Assembly (NCBI RefSeq): GCF_964204645.1
Contig: NC_134026.1
Coordinates: 6,409,950-6,473,949, forward strand
DNA length: 64,000 nt
Reading direction: 5' to 3'
From: Tubulanus polymorphus
Taxonomy: Eukaryota > Animalia > Nemertea
The position numbers and the translations under genes are program-made. The notes below the pieces were generated by a model that searched no databases, was not told the origin of the DNA, and saw only the letters and a program-made list of their open reading frames with translations. Shown piece by piece: positions 62,901 to 64,000 of this stretch (its first letter is position 1; each line of letters starts with the position of its first letter).

Positions 62901-63061
62901 ATCCCGACCGTATCCCTGATTAAACAGCGCGTATCGTTTATACCGAGATCCAGTTCGCAGTTTATCGCGAAATTATCCATTTCTTCTTCGCTGAGGATTT
63001 GATCCGTTTCATTTGAAACAGTTCGCTGCTGATCGGTGATGTTGTAATTCGCCTTCATCAT
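59981..63061 (-). CDS. Prostanoid receptor (prostaglandin E2 receptor EP4-like GPCR); coding exons 63061-62156 and 60529-59981 (N-terminus may extend via an acceptor at ~63171)
   Basis: P.LMF.AG.IGN.LAL, FYTLV.AL..TDL.G, MAVER, ECL2 QYPGTWCF, TM6 ICWAPLM with the family-typical TM6 intron, and TM7 DL.AVRLASINQILDPWLYIL (conserved Arg, DPWxY). Confidence 0.92.
61450..61649. mobile_element. PIF/Harbinger-like MITE in the receptor intron
   Basis: TAAGGCGAGATAACACG versus the reverse complement of CGTGTGATCACGGCTTA (14/17 match); TAA/TTA flanks. Confidence 0.5.
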
Positions 63062-64000
63062 TGGCGTATGTCGCTTCCCTGGCGTGTATGACTGTCTGAT
63101 ACTGCTGCTGCTGCTGCCCACACAGTCGGCGTTGTTGTTGAAACCAAACAACCGTCCGTGACGTCTTGACCTGAAAATAAACAAGATTTCGTGTTAAATG
63201 GACGTGAAAACTGAGAAAACGTCTGAAACATGATATCTCTTTATAACCATTTACACAGATATACAGAAGCCACATCGTGGATGAACTGTCCCATTCACTA
63301 GCTTGATGAAATCAATTATACAGCCCAATAGAGGATGAATTCATTGCATTCAACAGGGCGTGGTTGTTAATCGTCATCATTTTGTGATAAGTAGCCAGCC
63401 GATAATTCGAATTCAGAATGACGTCATCTGTAGTTTATTTGCGTGAAAATGGCAGTGTTTGCGTAACAGTCTGAAATCTCAAAATCACACGCGGTACTTG
63501 TATAACACGTTTATATAACACTGATCTGATGACATCGTAGTGAGGGGAATAACATGAAAATGAACTTATTTTGACTTTGGTCACGATTTTATTCAAAATT
63601 GAATACAGTGACTGCGTCATTGTTATGCAAACTATTTGGATGGCAACACAAATTCTAACTTGAATAGAAATGGTTCATTAGTAGGAGTTAAGACAACAGC
63701 GCCAACACAAATACACAGTAGGGACTTATGTGACCTTAAATCTTGTTAACGAATGCGAGGCGTTAGTTGTTAAACTGGCTACAGAACTAGAATGGCCTAA
63801 GACGAAATTGGAACTATGACACCACGGTCCGGTACAAAAGTGGCCTTAAATCATAAGATTGGTCATAAAGTTGTAAGATGGCCTATAGAACTAGGATCGC
63901 GCCTTGACTGTGCTGTTCCCTGGAACTGAAAATTCAAATGAATGGTCTACTTGTGAACATATTATTGTTAGAATCAAGGGTGTGTTTAGGGGGTGGACCG

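Overview
AT-rich eukaryotic (invertebrate animal, probably lophotrochozoan-like; inferred from gene content) genomic window with GT-AG spliced genes; not prokaryotic, no CRISPR array. Bases ~1-13,500 are repeat-dominated: a ~191-bp satellite, a fold-back element, ~60-bp and 41-bp minisatellites and a LINE tail. The rest is gene-dense: TIMM29 (-) head-to-head with an RRM/F-box/LRR gene (+); a small orphan gene with X-box-like motifs; a divergent class-A GPCR with a ~500-aa third intracellular loop; an intron-containing SdsA1/Bds1-type alkylsulfatase head-to-head with a MATE/SLC47 transporter; a ~5.4-kb tandem duplication giving two apparently intact MACPF-ApeC (apextrin-like) genes plus an orphan copy of the last MATE exon; a 714-aa low-complexity orphan ORF; and a prostanoid (EP4-like) receptor. 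Many MITEs and remnants of a hammerhead-bearing Penelope-like repeat are interspersed. Exon structures and family calls were made by eye, without database searches.
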